NCBI GenBank assembly: GCA_951406725.2
Contig: OX597824.1
Location: 31,496,001 to 31,560,000 of the forward strand
Length of the DNA: 64,000 bases
DNA from: Octopus vulgaris
Lineage: Eukaryota
Direction: 5' to 3'
The first letter of the stretch is position 1. Each line of letters starts with the position of its first letter. Below are positions 25,700-40,185 of this stretch, in pieces. The notes under the pieces are model-generated. The model was not told the DNA's origin and did not search any database. It worked only from the letters and a program-made list of their open reading frames with translations. Position numbers and translations under genes: made by a program.

Positions 25700-26970
25700 A
25701 TTAATATATATATAGTTAGAAGAAGAAAAATTGGATTAAAAAATCCTGGCAGGTATCAATAAAGTACTCAGTATTAAAAGAATTTAGTTATAAATCTTCA
25801 ACAATCAGATACCAGTGAATGTAAGTAGAAAGCATATTCAAGGCAAATCTTCATGCATGACAGGTAAATTCAAAAATTCATTTGCAGAATTTTGAAAAAC
25901 CGAGAGTATTTAGCAATAAACGGAGTATGGAATATCTAAATTCTAAATCTATAAGTAAAATTAGAACAGATAATGTGTATAGTGAAATTAACTCTAATGA
26001 TACACTTTCTAAACAAGGTTTGATTCTATAACTAATCACAACTCTGATAATAAAGTTAGTTTGTTCCCTAGCCTTAATATTAATTATCATGATAATAACC
26101 CCACCTAAACACCTAATTTGCAGAGGAAAGCTAGTAGAAATTCCTTTAAATATGAGTATCAAATTCAATTGAATAAATGCCTGTGTAATTGTCTAAACAA
26201 AACTGTATGCCCTTTAGAAAATCTGTATTTAAGGGGAAAAATATCGTATTTCAGTATAAGGTAACAACTGGAGCTCATAAGTATTATCATATTGGGTCAT
26301 CTACTACAATTTGGAAATCTAGATTTCATAATCATTCACATTCATTTATGTATAGAAGAAAAAGTAATCCTACAAATCTTAATAAATAAATTTGGGATTT
26401 AAAAGACGAGAACATTAAGTATGATTTAAAGTGGTCCCTTATTAGTTATGCTCCATTGAAGAATATTGGTAATTCTACATGTGATCTTTGTCTTGAAGAA
26501 ATGTATTATATAATTACTTCTAGATTTTATTGAAATTTGATGGAAACTTTACAATAAGATGTTGCCATAAATTTAGAAAGACATTCAAATCTTTCAATTA
26601 TTAATAATGATTTTTCATATATTGTATAGTTTTAGTTAATTTTGATGAAAGATTCAATATTGAGTAAATTGATAACTAATTGTTATGATGTAAAGTATCT
26701 AAGTTTTTATTAATCATAATGTAGAATCCTTAGCTTTATTGTTTATTCTTTAGTTATCCAGTGACATCACCAATAGTTGTATACAAAAATAGCATTTTTT
26801 AGATTATATTTCTATGTAGATTCCTAATTGTCATAATGTAGAATTCTAATGTTTGTTTTTTTCATTATTTCTTTATCCATTGACATCACCAATAGTTGAA
26901 TACAAAAATGACTTTTTCTTAGATATGGTTATTTTTCGTTTTATTTTTATAAAACATTTTTGTTACCCAA
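25700..26970 (+). mobile_element. Penelope-like element 3' fragment with GIY-YIG endonuclease remnant
   Basis: ORF 26189-26389 NIVFQYKV...YHIGSSTTIWKSRFHNHSHSF...TNL, followed by IWDLKD..I.Y..KWS and CDLCLEE. Parallels ORF 53341-54090. Confidence 0.75.
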
Positions 26971-27069
26971 AAATATATATATATATATATAATTAATAAG
27001 GGTGAGAGAATTAATTAATAAGGGAATTAATTAATTATTATTATATTATTATATTATTATATATTATAT

Positions 27070-27101
<32 letters not shown>

Positions 27102-27589
27102 ACATGTACACACACACACACACATATATATATACATGCATGTATATGTTAATTCAATAGAAACAATATATATATATATATATATAGCATGTGGCACTCT
27201 GTCAGTTGCAATGACAAGGGTTCCATTTGATCCAATCAATGAACAGCCTGCTCGTGAAATTAACGTGCAAGTTACTGAGCTCTCCACAGACATGTGTACC
27301 CTTAATGTATATATATATATATCTCAGGGAGATTCAGCATGACAAGGCTGGCCCTTTGAAATACAGGTACAACAGAAACAGTAAGAAAGAGTGAGAGAAA
27401 GTTGTAGTTAAAAAATAGAGCAGAGTTCACCACCACCCCCTGCTGGAACTTCATGGAGCTTTAGATGTTTTTGCTCAATAAACGCCCTGTCTGGGAATCA
27501 TGACCATGAGTCCACCGCCTAACCATTGGGCCATTGCGTCTCCACACACACATTTATATAATCTAGTTTTATATTCACACACACCCACA

Positions 27590-27671
<82 letters not shown>

Positions 27672-28075
27672 ACTACCTCGCTTGGTAACAGGTGGGGGTT
27701 GGCGTCAGGAAGGGCATCCGGCCGTAGAAAGCTTGCCACACGCTTAGCGCTGCGTATATGTGCATATATATATATTATCTAGTATTACATCTAATGTGCA
27801 ACATAAATCTTTACAGTAATGTCAGTTATGACGACTTTAATTATACCAACCTTGAAATCCTTTACAAAACTTTTGACGTTTACATTCTTTTATAATTCTA
27901 TATTCTAAAAATATATCTGTTCTCATCCTACCTACAATGACGAAGTGTAAGTTGCCAAATTAAAAAACTGAATCAAAGTTGATGATCAGGTTAGACAACA
28001 ACATAATCGTGACTGCATGACTGCACCGTAATAATTAAGGTCAGCTTGAGAAAAGAAGGCGTGTATGTGTGCATA

Positions 28076-28112
<37 letters not shown>

Positions 28113-28374
28113 ATATATACATATATATATGTAAAAAAATACAAACTGGGACGAGAACGCAGAACATTTAGAAGACGATACAAAAAACACGGACGGGACA
28201 TTCGAAGCCTTCAGCCGAAATTGCGAGGATGATCCTGTTCTTGAGTGAAGATTGAAGGCTTCGAATGTCCCGTCCGTGTTTTTTGTACCGTCATCTAAAT
28301 GTTCTGCGTTCTTGTTCCAGTTTGTCTTTTTTTACATATATAGATATAGCGACGCACGTACCTTTTTGTCTTAT

Positions 28375-30537
28375 ACATACATATATCTGTGTGTGTGTGT
28401 GTTGTGCATACAGATAGAGAAGGAGAGGGTGAGGGAGAGAGAAAAAGCAGGTGACAGAGAAAGCTAGGCTTCATAATTTACAGTATACACCCATATACTT
28501 AAATAAGTTGTTTGTACAGTAGATATTGCAGTTAATGGTGTGACCTACTTTGATAACAAGATCATATACTTTACAATTTACAAATACATTCATTCTTAAC
28601 TAATCATCATATTAAAACATGACTACCTTAAGTCTCCAATACAATAACTGCGCATTGAACATTTGTATATTTCAATCCAACAAAGCAAATTCAATGGTCT
28701 GTAGTGGCTGTGTGGTAAGTAGTTTGCTTAACAACTACATGGTCCTGGGTTCAGTCCCACTGCGTGGCATCTTGGGCAAGTATCTTCTACTATAGCCTCA
28801 GGTCGACCAAAGCAGCCTTGTGAGTGAATTTGGTAGAGAGAAACTGAAAGAAGCCTGTCATATGTGTGTGTCTGTGTGTGTGTGTGTGTGTGTTTGTCGA
28901 CCACCCCCATCTTTGCTTGATAACTGATGTAACTTAGCGGTTCAGCAAAAGAGAACGATAGAATAAGTACTAGGCGCTTCCACACACATTGACCGGGGTT
29001 AATTTGCTCAACTAAAGGCAGTGCTTCAGCATGACTGAAGTCAAATGAATGAAACAAATGAAAGAATAAAAGAATACACTTAGATAATTATGCAAGTTTT
29101 GGCCAGAAATGGCCCAGGCCACGATTAACTTAATACCACCATCTGGAAAAGATGATGTGTGTTTGTGTGTCTGTCTGTCTGTCTATGCGCATCCCTAATC
29201 ACGAAAACTTGAGAACAACCCAACCGATTTCATTGATGTTTTAACGAAAATGCGTCAAGTCCAACAGGAAACGGTGTTTCCTAGGGCTAAATAACAGTAG
29301 CAGTCTTCCTTTTTATGGGACTGTCACATTAAGTTGACAACATACTGTTGCGCCGCCACTTAGGACCCTAGGCCTTCCGATTCCACCACAGGCCCTAAGT
29401 CGCGACGATGACACTCAGTAAACCGGAAATCCACCATGGGAAGTGGGGAAGGCAGCGAACGCAGCCAGGAACCAACACAGCGACAACAAAAGAAAGAGAC
29501 ACAGCGAAAGTAGCGTAATTTAGCAATTTTTTTTTTCAAAACGAAATCAAAGCATTCCAAAACAAAGGTTGACAAATCATGTACAGAGTCCGAAGAACAA
29601 TCATTTGCATTTAAACATAATACAGAGTTCGAAAAAATCAAAAAACAAATCATTTAACATTTGATACAATACAGTCCGATTTTTCAAGACAACTCATTTT
29701 TTTTTTACATTTAACACAAAGTTCACAATCAAAAGGGTTCCTTCTCTTTTTTAAAACATTTCCAAGTTCTTTTTTATTCTTCCTTTCCTTTTCTCTTAAA
29801 AACAGCCAACAACGCGCTCTTTTTTTTTTCTTTTCAACGATTACGTCAGAGCCTCTCGTTTTTTTTCATTTCAACAACACATCGTCTCTATTTGAACATC
29901 GAAATTCAAAACACAATTAAAAACATTACCGCATGTTCCACGCCTGCAACACTCCCTGAACATCACAAAACTCCCACTATAAGAACTTGCCTACCGCTCG
30001 TTGTCACCTCTATCTGTCAGTCTGTCATTTTTGCTGCCTCTCGTTCTGTCTTTTGCCCACTCACTGTCTATCTCTCTCTAGACCCTGACTGTCATCTTTG
30101 TGGCTGCCTCTCGCCGACTCAACCTTTAACTTAATGCCAGCCGTATTTATAACGGGTAGCAGCTAGAAGAAGAGAAATATCGATGACAGCAGTGTGTAGA
30201 TCCCGCCCCAACATTAAAATTTTTTTTAAAACTTGCCGTGGCCGTGTGGGGACCATAGTTCACTGTCCAGGGCCATTAATAATCGTGGTCTTTGACAGGA
30301 CAAAGGAAATACCATTGTCCTGAACAACTGGAGCACCGGTTCGATTCCAACTAATGGAACAAGGGGCATAATGTTTCTTGTTCGTTTACTTTTCCTTGTC
30401 TCCGTAACAATACTATCACTTTATCATGTTGTGACTGCATAAATCTCTCTGAGAGATTTAGAAATATATTTTTACATTTAATAATGTTTCATATAGCAGT
30501 CATTCTTTGGGCGCCTTAGATCATTTGAGTAGCCGCA

Positions 30538-30613
<76 letters not shown>

Positions 30614-30865
30614 CAATATACACATAATATACACACATAATATGAAATGATATAATGTAATCTATATATATAAAACTGAGAATGTCTGTGTGTGTGTGTG
30701 TCTGTCTTTCTATGGAGTATCATGGGCCGAGGAGGTGTCCTCCTGGGGCTACAAGCTACAGTAGCATCCACCCTTAGGGGTTAGCCACATTTAAGTGTCA
30801 AATATACTTCACAATGTCGTGCAGCTACTGTTTATACTTCGCTCAGAGATTTATTATTACTGATG

Positions 30866-30928
<63 letters not shown>

Positions 30929-33099
30929 ATATGTATTTATACATATATCTGTGTGTATGTGTGTTTGTGCATACAGATAGAGAAGGAGAAGGTGAGGGAG
31001 AGAGAAAGATTAGGTGACAGAGAAAGCTAGGCTTCATAATTTACAGTATACACCCATATACTTAAATAAGTTGTTTGTACAATAGATATTGCAGTTAATG
31101 GTGTGACCTACTTTGATAACAAGATCATATACTTTACAATTTACAAATACATTCATTCTTAACTAATCATCATATTCAAACATGACTACCTTAAGTCTCC
31201 AATACAATAACTGCGCATTGAACGTTTGTATATTTCTTTCCAACAAAGCAAATTCAATGGTCTGTAGTGGCTGTGTGGTAAGTAGTTTGCTTAACAACTA
31301 CATGGTCCTGGGTTCAGTCCCACTGCGTGGCATCTTGGGCAAGTATCTTCTACTATAGCCTCAGGTCGACCAAAGCAGCCTTGTGAGTGGATTTGGTAGC
31401 GAGAAACTGAAAGAAGCCTGTCATATGTGTGTCTGTGTGTGTGTGTGTGTGTGTTTGTCGACCACCCCCATCTTTGCTTGATAACTGATGTAACTTAGCG
31501 GTTCAGCAAAAGAGAACGATAGAATAAGTACTAGACGCCTCCACACACATTGACCTGGGGTCAATTTGCTCAACTAAAGGCAGTGCTTCAGCATGACTGA
31601 AGTCAAATGAATGAAACAAATGAAAGAATAGAAGAATACACTTAGATAATTATGCAAGTTTTGGCCAGAAATGGCCCAGGCCACGATTAACTTAATACCA
31701 CTAACTGGAAAAGATGATGCGTGTTTGTGTGTCTGTCTGTCTGTCTATGCGCATCCCTAATCACGAAAACTTGAGAACAACCCAACCGATTTCATTGATG
31801 TTTTACCGAAAATGTGTCAAGTCCAACAGGAAACTGTGTTTCCTAGGGCTAAATAACAGTAGCAGTCTTCCTTTTTATGGGACTGTCACATTAAGTTGAC
31901 AACATACTGTTGCGCCGCCACTTAGGACCCTAGGCCTTCCGATTCCACCACAGGCCCTAAGTCGCGACGATGACACTCAGTAAACCGGAAATCCACCATG
32001 GGAAGTGGGGAAGGCAGCGAACGCAGCCAGGAACCAACACAACGACAACAAAAGAAAGAGACACAGCAAAAGTTGCGTAATTTAGCAATTTTTTTTTCAA
32101 AACAAAATCAAAGCATTCCAAAACAAAGGTTGACAAATCGTGTACAGAGTCCGAAGAACAATCATTTGCATTTAAACATAATACAGAGTTCGAAAAAAAT
32201 CAAAAAACAAATCATTTAACATTTGATACAATACAGTCCGATTTTTCAAGACAACTCATTTTTTTTTTACATTTAACACAAAGTTCACAATCAAAAGGGT
32301 TCCTTCTCTTTTTTAAAACATTTCCAAGTTCTTTTTTATTCTTCCTTTCCTTTTCTCTTAAAAACAGCCAACAACGCGCTCTTTTTATTTCTTTTCAACG
32401 ATTACGCCAGAGCCTCTCGTTTTTTTTCATTTCAACAACACATCGTCTCTATTTGAACATCGAAATTCAAAACACAATTAAAAACATTACCGCATGTTCC
32501 ACGCCTGCAACACTCCCTGAACATCACAAAACTCCCACTATAAGAACTTGCCTACCGCTCGTTGTCACCTCTATCTGTCAGTCTGTCATCTTTGCTGCCT
32601 CTCGTTCTGTCTTTTGCCCACTCACTGTCTATCTCTCTCTAGACCCTGACTGTCATCTTTGTGGCTGCCTCTCGCCGACTCAACCTTTAACTTAATGCCA
32701 GCCGTATTTATAACGGGTAGCAGCTAGAAGAAGAGAAATATCGATGACAGCAGTGTGTAGATCCCTCCCCAACATTAAAATTTTTTTTAAAACTTGCCGT
32801 GGCCGTGTGGGGACCATAGTTCACTGTCCAGGGCCATTAATAATCGTGGTCTTTGACAGGACAAAGGAAATACCATTGTCCTGAACAACTGGAGCACCGG
32901 TTCGATTCCAACTAATGGAACAAGGGGCATAATGTTTTTTGTTCGTTTACTTTTCCTTGTCTCCGTAACAATACTATCACTTTATCATGTTGTGACTGCA
33001 TAAATCTCTCTGAGAGATTTAGAAATATATTTTTACATTTAATAATGTTTCATATAGCAGTCATTCTTTGGGCGCCTTAGATCATTTGAGTAGCACGCA

Positions 33100-33185
<86 letters not shown>

Positions 33186-33439
33186 ATACACATAATATAC
33201 ACACATAATATGAAATGATATAATGTAATCTATATCTATAAAACTGAGAATGTCAGTGTGTGTGTGTGTGTGTGTCTGTCTTTCTATGGAGTATCATGGG
33301 CCGAGGAGGTGTCCTCCTGGGGCTACAAGCTACAGTAGCATCCACCCTTAGGGGTTAGCCACATTTAAGTGTCAAATATACTTCACAATGTCGTGCAGCT
33401 ACTGTTTATACTTCGCTCAGAGATTTATTATTACTGATG

Positions 33440-33496
<57 letters not shown>

Positions 33497-34428
33497 ATAT
33501 GTATTTATACATATATCTGTGTGTATGTGTGTTTGTGCATACAGATAGAGAAGGAGAAGGTGAGGGAGAGAGAAAGATTAGGTGACAGAGAAAGCTAGGC
33601 TTCATAATTTACAGTATACACCCATATACTTAAATAAGTTGTTTGTACAGTAGATATTGCAGTTAATGTTGTGACCTACTTTGATAACAAGATCATATAC
33701 TTTACAATTTACAAATACATTCATTCTTAACTAATCATCATATTCAAACATGACTACCTTAAGTCTCCAATACAATAACTGCGCATTGAACGTTTGTATA
33801 TTTCTTTCCAACAAAGCAAATTCAATGGTCTGTAGTGGCTGTGTGGTAAGTAGTTTGCTTAACTAAAGGCAGTGCTTCAGCATGACTGAAGTCAAATGAA
33901 TGAAACAAATGAAAGAATAGAAGAATACACTTAGATAATTATGCAAGTTTTGGCCAGAAATGGCCCAGGCCACGATTAACTTAATACCACTAACTGTCTA
34001 TCTATGCGCATCCCTAATCACTAAGACTCGAGACCAACGCAACCGATTTCAATGATGTTTTACCGAAAATGTGTCAAGTCCAACAGGAAACTGTGTTTCC
34101 TAGGGCTAAATAACAGTAGCAGTCTTCCTTTTTATGGGACTGTAACATTAAGTTGACAACAATACTATCACTTTATCATGCTGCTAATGCATAAAACTCT
34201 CTGAGAGATTTAGAAATATATTATTTTTACATTTAATAATGTTTCATATAGCAATCATTCTTTGGGCGCCTTAGATCATTTGAGTAGCACACACGCACAC
34301 AATATACACATAATATACACACACGAAATGATATAATGCAATGTAATCTATATATATAAAACTGAGAATGTATGTGTGTGTGTGTGTGTGTTTGTGTCTG
34401 TCTGTCTGTCTATGGAGTATCATGGGCC
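28375..34428 (+). repeat. ~2.57-kb tandem duplication: two full copies and a shorter third
   Basis: Identical ORFs at 29892 and 32453 and near-identical ORFs at 30814 and 33388. Unit starts near 28375, 30940 and 33507. Each unit contains a SINE and Helitron-like termini. Confidence 0.95.
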
Positions 34429-34617
34429 TAAAAAAATGTTCAGCTTCTTGCTTAATGTGAGCCCAGAGCAATCTCTTAAACTGTTTCGGTATTACATGTA
34501 CAAATGTGAACCAATAACATCTCTATTAATAGTGAGACTATTAAAAGTGAAACTATTATCTCACATTGCTGATATACATGCATACATACAAATATACATA
34601 CATACATGCATACATAC

Positions 34618-34673
<56 letters not shown>

Positions 34674-35746
34674 GAAATTCAAATGAATTAGGTACTGAAG
34701 TTGAAGCACCAAAAATTAGTGCAGTATTATCCGTACAACAAAATATCGTGAGAATAAGTGGGATAATACAGAAGTTTGAATTGGGTGGGTGGATAGGATA
34801 GGAGTGATTGGAGTGATTCTAGCAAATGATGGCGAGAAATAATATAGATGCTCAGGGGTGCGGGTTTCTAGTTCTGTTACAGAATCTGGTCAACAGGTCC
34901 ATAACAGAGGTGATGCATTTCGACCGTTTCAAGTGACAACAGCATGGTCTTCGTCTGTCTTCTTACCCTATGAGAGGATTTAAGTTAAATTATAACAACG
35001 TGTCTGGGAGCCACTTGAAACGGTCGTACTGCATCACCTCTAGATATACTGTTGGTCATTTTGATTATATATATATATGAAACGGCGAGCATTCTTTCCT
35101 GTTGACCCCATACACTTGCTGGCTTCCGGTGTGTGGAGTTCTCGACAGGAGAAGCCCCAGGAAGGACAAGAAGAAAAAAGAATGGTACCAGTGGAGTCAG
35201 AAAAAGAAAAGGCAGAGGAAGAGTGGGAAACCACGGGAAAAGGAAAAAAGAACAAAGAAAAAGATAAGTCCAACGCATACAAACACCCCACTTACAACTA
35301 CTCAAGGCCCACCCATACCCTCTTTGTCCTACCCTCTCCCTGCAGACACTAAGCCTTCCAACACAAAACAAAAGAGAACACTTACAATAATTCACAAACT
35401 TCCCCTCCCATTGGTTGTTTTGCGTGTGTGCTGTATGAGGACGCGGAAGACGAACTGGTTGAAAGGGTGACTGAATGGGAAAACACAGTATATGTTGGTG
35501 TAGAGGATGAGAGTATTGGCGAGCATACGTGTTTATTAATAACAGAACAACAAAGGAATGAAATAAAGGTATACAAAGGAGAATGTGAGCTGCGGAAAGT
35601 AGACTACGACATAGGAAAATCACCAAAGTCTATAGAATATAAGAAACTGAAAAAACGTTATGAGATTGACATAATGGCGAACAGAGGAAAGGGATGTGAT
35701 GTTACTCGGTGGTGCAAGTAACACCATTTTCATTTCTCATTATATC

Positions 35747-35983
35747 ATACCTATTTCTTTACTACCCACAAGGGGCTAAACACAGAGAGGACAAACAAGG
35801 ACAGACATAGGTATTAAGTCGATTACATCGACCCCAGTGCGTAACTGGTACTTAATTTATCGACCCCGAAAGGATGAAAGGCAAAGTCGACCTCGGCGGA
35901 ATTTGAACTCACAACGTAACGCAGACGAAATACCGCTAAGCATTTCGCCCGGCGTGCTAACGTTTCTGCCAGCTCGCCGCCTT
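35747..35983 (-). mobile_element. tRNA-derived SINE (55741 family)
   Basis: Near-identical reverse complement of 55741-55975. Confidence 0.85.
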
Positions 35984-37449
35984 CATTATATCATTATATC
36001 ATTCTCATTATATCATACCGTTTTATTATTATTTTTTTCATTTGTTATATATCGCCAGATGTGTTGTATTGTCGCGCTTTGTTGGCTCATTATGGGTAAT
36101 AAAGAAACACCGTAACTAATGTTAATTGTTGAATTGCTGAATTATCGAATTGTTATTTTGCCTAATTGTTATTTTGCCTAATTGTTTTCTTCCCCATTTA
36201 TGGGTGAAGTTGTTACAAACGAAATAATTAGAAAGTCGACCAGGTCCAGCCGGTAGCTATGCTGTAGTAACTGGAAAATATTTGACTGCTGATATATTAC
36301 AAGTGAGAGAAGTAAAACTAGACGAGAAGAAATTGAAAAAGGTTAACGAACTTATAGTAAAAGAAGATAACAGCTTGAAGTTGACCCCGCTGAAAGAAGT
36401 GACAGAAAATACCACTAAAAGGACAGTAATTTATAGAACGCTGTCCACAGCAACTAAAATGATCAAAATAGCTACAGCGGATGCAGTAGAAGAATGTCTA
36501 AAGGGCATGATAAGCCTCATGACATTCTATACTAGAGGCAAGAAATATGATTCGTTAAAAAATTGATGACGTTTTTCTTCCGGGACCTTATCTTTTGAAC
36601 GGCACATGTCAACACAATTTCTAGTTAACTAAACACTTTTAAACTTCGTATACTGGTAGAATGTGTTTATAAAACATCATTTTTTCTTGGCTTTATTGAG
36701 AAAATTCTATAGTTTGTAAGATATTTCGTCTGAAATTTCGAGCATTTCGGCAATTTTAACCAATCGCTGACCTCCATTTACGATGAAAACATTCCGTGCT
36801 GTATGAATATGTCCCTCGTTTAAGAAACAGATTGGGTTTATTTACATTTGCGAAGAAAAAAAGATACCCTTCCCCCACCCCTAACTGGTGTTTGTGGAAT
36901 TTCATTGGACTGGAGGTGGGTGACGTCAGCATCTTGTGTTTGTATGGTGATTTGGAGCTGCGGTTTCGAAATCCGGGTGGAAGATTTTACTAAAATTTTA
37001 TTGTTTTTTTGTGTTGAAATTGGGTGTTTTTTCTCTTCTTTATACTGCTTTTTCTTCTTTCTAAAGGATATTTAGCAGTGGTTTATATTTTTTAATCAGT
37101 ATGTTTTCCTTATTTAAACGGAATTGGGTTGAAGTGGTCCAGTGCATTGATAGAGAGGGAAGATTTGGTATTTAGGGTTTAATTTAACAACATTGAAACA
37201 TTTCAGTTTTTCAACATTGAAACATTTTGATTTGTCAACATTGAAACTTATAACGATGTTTTTCTAATTTTACACTTTTACCATTGATAAACAAAAAATA
37301 TTGTTGAAACTAGTTTGGTATATATGTAAATAAATGTAGTTTAAACATTTACGAGTTTTTGAAATTTAAGTGCATTTTCAGCAACACGTTTTCCTATATA
37401 TATTTTTTTGTGCGTGTAAACACCACTCCCTCTTTTGCTATATATATAT

Positions 37450-37960
37450 AAACTTAGATAAACTTAGATGTGTTTCGACCAATGATTGGTCCAGGCCATG
37501 TCTAACTTAATAGCACCACCTGATAGGATTATTTGAATCCTGTTTAAGTCAAGTTTTGTTTATGGTCCATTCAAGTAGTGAATTTTTGTTGGGTGAGTTG
37601 TATCCAATTATGGGTGGCTTATCTGGTATTCTTTGAAGGAATCTATCCAGACTCCGTTTAAAGTTGATGGGATCCTGTTCCTCTTTGATCTCTTTCGGGA
37701 CAATCTTAAATAAGGCAGGGCCTGTTGAAGAAAAGAAATTATGTTGTAGTGTATATGTATGCTGTGATCTTGAATTGGGCAGGGGACGTATGGCCCGTGG
37801 TCCCAGTCCTGGATGAACCTTGAAGCTTATGTTCAGGTCGTTTGGGCAAAGTTGGCGGTATATTCTCCACATCGTACAAATGATGTACCGCTCACGGCGA
37901 CGCTGGAGAGAGTAAAGTGTCAAGGCTTTAAGGCGATCCCAATAATCGAGAGCAGCCATG
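37450..37960 (-). mobile_element. CR1/L2-like LINE 3' fragment (second family)
   Basis: LDYWDRLKALTLYSLQRRRERY...GPALF.IVPKEIK....FKRSLDRFLQRIPDKP. Confidence 0.8.
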
Positions 37961-38511
37961 CCTTTATATATATAATATAATATAATATATATATATATAT
38001 ATATGAAAAGAATGACTTCACTGGTAGTTCTAATCAATTTAATTTTTTAATGATATAATTTGGGTCTGTAGATCTAGTAAGTTCTTTGTTAATTTCGGGA
38101 GATCTTTTAAAGATTCCTTGTTAACTTTGCTAGAGAACTTTCTCGCATTCACCGGTAGCGACTGTCAAACTGATTTCAGGTTGTGTTGTGCTGTGTGATT
38201 CTATACATAAGAGATTTAGGTGTGTCTGGGGTGAGGTTGAGATTTATTAAAATGTGTGGGAGTGATGGAGTGTTGATGAACAAGAGCTGAAAGAAAATAG
38301 TGAGTGGTAAAAACACCATAATTGATTGAGAGTGGAGTTGGGAGGTGGAAAGTTCTCCAGCAAAGTTAACAAGAAATCTTTAAAAAATCTCCCCATCGAA
38401 GTTAACAAAGAATTTACTAGATCTACAAACCAAGCTGTAAAGTTATATTATTAAAAAATTAAATTGATTTGAACTACTAATGCAGTCATTCTTTTCCATC
38501 TTCAAATATAC

Positions 38512-38915
38512 AGGTGCAGGAGTGGCTGTGTGGTAAGTAGCTTGCTAACCAGCCACATGGTTCCGGGTTCAGTCCCACTGCGTGGCATCTTGGGCAAGTG
38601 TCTTCTGCTATAGCCCCGGGCCGACCAATGCCTTGTGAGTGGATTTGGTAGACGGAAACTGAAAGAAGCCTGTCGTATATATGTTTATATGTGTGTGTGT
38701 TTGTGTGTCTGTGTTTGTCCCCCTAGCATTGCTTGACAACCGATGCTGGTGTGTTTACGTCCCCGTCACTTAGCTGTTCGGCAAAAGACCCGATAGAATA
38801 AGTACTGGGCTTACAAAGAATAAGCCCCGGGGTCGATTTGCTCGACTAAAAGGCGGTTCTCCAGCATGGCCGCAGTCAAAATGACTGAAACAAGTAAAAG
38901 AGTAAAAGAGTAAAG
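38512..38915 (+). mobile_element. tRNA-derived SINE (984 family), full length
   Basis: Head ggtgcaggagtggctgtgtggtaag...ggttcagtccc, tail (gtaaaaga)n. Confidence 0.9.
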
Positions 38916-40185
38916 AGTATACCTAACTGTACCAAGGATGTCACACATTTTTCAATACACACACACATGAATAAAGATTTTATTATTAATAATAAATAAT
39001 AATATAGGTGGCCAGTTAGCAAAAAAAAAACAAAAAAAAAACAGAAGGCAAATTTATAAACAAGGGTACTAGATAGCACCAGAGTCAAAAGAGACTCAAT
39101 TAACCACAATAGAAGTTAACAAGCAGACGAAATCGGGGGAGCGAGAAAAATAGCCAACATATCAAAACGAGTTCGAAATCATGTGATATGGGTATATCTG
39201 CAATTTCATTTGCGATTGTCGCTCGCTTTGGTATGCTGGTTGTTTTTCTCGCTTCCCTGACTTCGTCAGCTTGTTAAGTTTTAGTGCTATTGTGGCTAAT
39301 AATTTCTAACAACGCTGATGCTGCCTACTACCCTTGTCTATATGTATGTATGTATGTATGTATGGACCTGATGACCAGATTCTGTAACAGAACTAGAAAC
39401 CCGCACCCCTGAGCATCCACATTATTTCTCGCCATCATTTGCTAGAATCACTCCTATCCTATCCATCCACCCAATTCAAACTTCTTTATTACCTCACTTA
39501 TTCTCACGATCTCCAATGTCCCTCGAGGGCATTTCCTGACATAGTTTCACCACAATCCCTCTCACTATCGCTCTCTTTTCTTTTCCAACTGGGATATCTA
39601 TGTATTCACTCTACAGTAAGACACCTATCTCTGTCCCTTTTTACCTTTAATGTGGGGGTGGCACAAATCCACCCCCACATCCCACATCCCAGTGGGGGTT
39701 CTTGTTTTGCAAGATACTTGGTGACCTTGTCGATTATAGGGCCACATAAAAAGCACCGGTGCTGGAGCGATGTAAAAAGTACTGGTGTTAGTGCCACTTA
39801 TAAAGTATATTCTGTAAGGTGGTTGACGTTAGGAGGAGCATCCGGCTGTATAAACCATATCAAACAGACATGGTGTGCCTGTCAGTTCGTCCAACCCATG
39901 CCAGTATGGAAAACGGGTATTAAATGATGATGATGATGATGATGATATTTATAAATATCTTTTTGTTAAAATCAATGGTTAAGTTGATTTTAACGCGTTG
40001 AGTGTAACCAATAAAATATTTCCCCATCAAAATTAAGCATCAACCTAAAGCATTTTTCACTTTTAGATGGATATGGTTGTGGAGCCATCTAATGTGACTC
40101 TACTCAGAAGGCTGTAGTATCATTTGACAAGAAACCCGGTATAAAGAAATATATGGAACAAGGTGGTAACTTTAAATGTCTTTAA

